A stretch of DNA of 64,000 bases from Podarcis muralis (lineage: Eukaryota), in contig NC_135669.1 in assembly GCF_964188315.1 (NCBI RefSeq), positions 16,368,001-16,432,000 on the forward strand. Reading direction: 5' to 3'. The notes under the pieces are model-generated. The model worked only from the letters and a program-made list of their open reading frames with translations, was not told where the DNA came from and did no database searches. Below are positions 63,003 to 64,000 of the stretch, one piece after another. Made by a program: the position numbers and the translations under genes. The stretch's first letter is position 1. Each line of letters begins with the position of its first letter.

Positions 63003-64000
63003 GTAAATGGCTGGCGCCCGAGGCCTCTTGGCTGCCCCAGTGCCACCCAGCCACCCTTTGGGGAGGCACAACCAGGCCATATGTGGCCCTCGGCTTGGGC
63101 TGGCCCTGCTCCGCCCAGCTTGGCTGCTCTGTTCCTTACCCTCCCGCCCCCAAGGACGCTACACCGGGGGGAACTGGGTTGCCAAAGGGGCCCTGGCACT
63201 TTCCCTCACCTCTCTGCTGGGTTTTCAAGCCAAGGTGACTCGCTCGGGAGCTGAACTCAAGGCGGTTCCTCTTGGTGCTTGGTGGCAAGCTGGAAAAGCG
63301 CTTGGGGGGCTCCAGAGGGGAGCCCTCCCTTTCCAAGCTGTGGTGTCTGAGGTGTCTCTTCTCAAGCCAGGCAGTGCTCTTTGCATCCACCTCCCTGGCG
63401 ATGCTCAAGGCTGGGCCCTTCCTTGCCCCAATTCATCTTTCCAGACCAGAGGCATTAAGAAGTTGTTTGCCTGCAAGACAGGCAGCTCCAGACCTTGGCT
63501 GGCTGGGGATGGGAGCAAGTTGCCCCTGGGACCCGATTCCCACCATGCCCCTGGACTCCCTGGCATTTAGCCCCCCCAGGTGCTTGTTTGGGGGCTGCCG
63601 ATTCCCAGCCTTTCTCAAACCTTTGCTCCCGCAGGGAGCCCGAGGGGACGCACACACCTTGCAAAGCGCTGCCACTAACCCCCCGCCTCGCACTAACCAG
63701 CTCTAACCCTCTCTCCGTTCTCTCTCTGTCTCTCTTTCTCTCTCTGACTCTGATTGCTTGGATGCCTGCCTGCCTGCATCTTGCTGGTGGGCCACCCTAA
63801 CTGAGACAGTGAGGCGGAGCATGGCTGAAGCCCAAAAGACAGGCGGAGGAGGAGGAGGAGGGAGGGTCTATTGCATGTGTACAAACATCCCACCCGATCG
63901 GAGGCTGCCTGGCACGGACACGGCTCCAGGGCCTAGCCTTGGCACCTCCTGGGGAGCTGGGCGGGGGGCTGAGGGGCTTGGGTGCCCTCCCTATCCCCCA

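Overview
Vertebrate genomic DNA, most likely a lacertid lizard (inferred from Sauria-type SINEs, a BovB fragment, CR1 and Tigger-like MITEs). It is syntenic with human 11q23.3: the last 3 exons and long 3'UTR of KMT2A (+), TTC36 (+, 3 coding exons, 198 aa), TMEM25 (+, 8 coding exons, 367 aa), IFT46 (-, 12 exons, 362 aa) head-to-head with ARCN1 (+, 10 exons, 510 aa), and the 5' part of PHLDB1 (+, 8 coding exons, continuing past the window). Every exon chain was walked by hand with GT-AG boundaries and consistent phase; orthology rests on recalled protein sequences, not a database search. I see no prokaryote-type system and no clearly new gene. The best leads are: (1) KMT2A naturally carries Leu at the human Q3867 position of the SET-I motif; (2) IFT46 keeps a 60-aa N-terminal extension with an NQPYDE motif that the common human isoform lacks; (3) an intronic CpG-island promoter in PHLDB1 that would give an FHA-less isoform; (4) a three-layer CR1>MITE>L1 nest in which the L1 has a 5' inversion; (5) an ACUAAC cluster with a long AG-free pyrimidine tract at the window end; (6) an unexplained ~56-bp repeat in a PHLDB1 intron.
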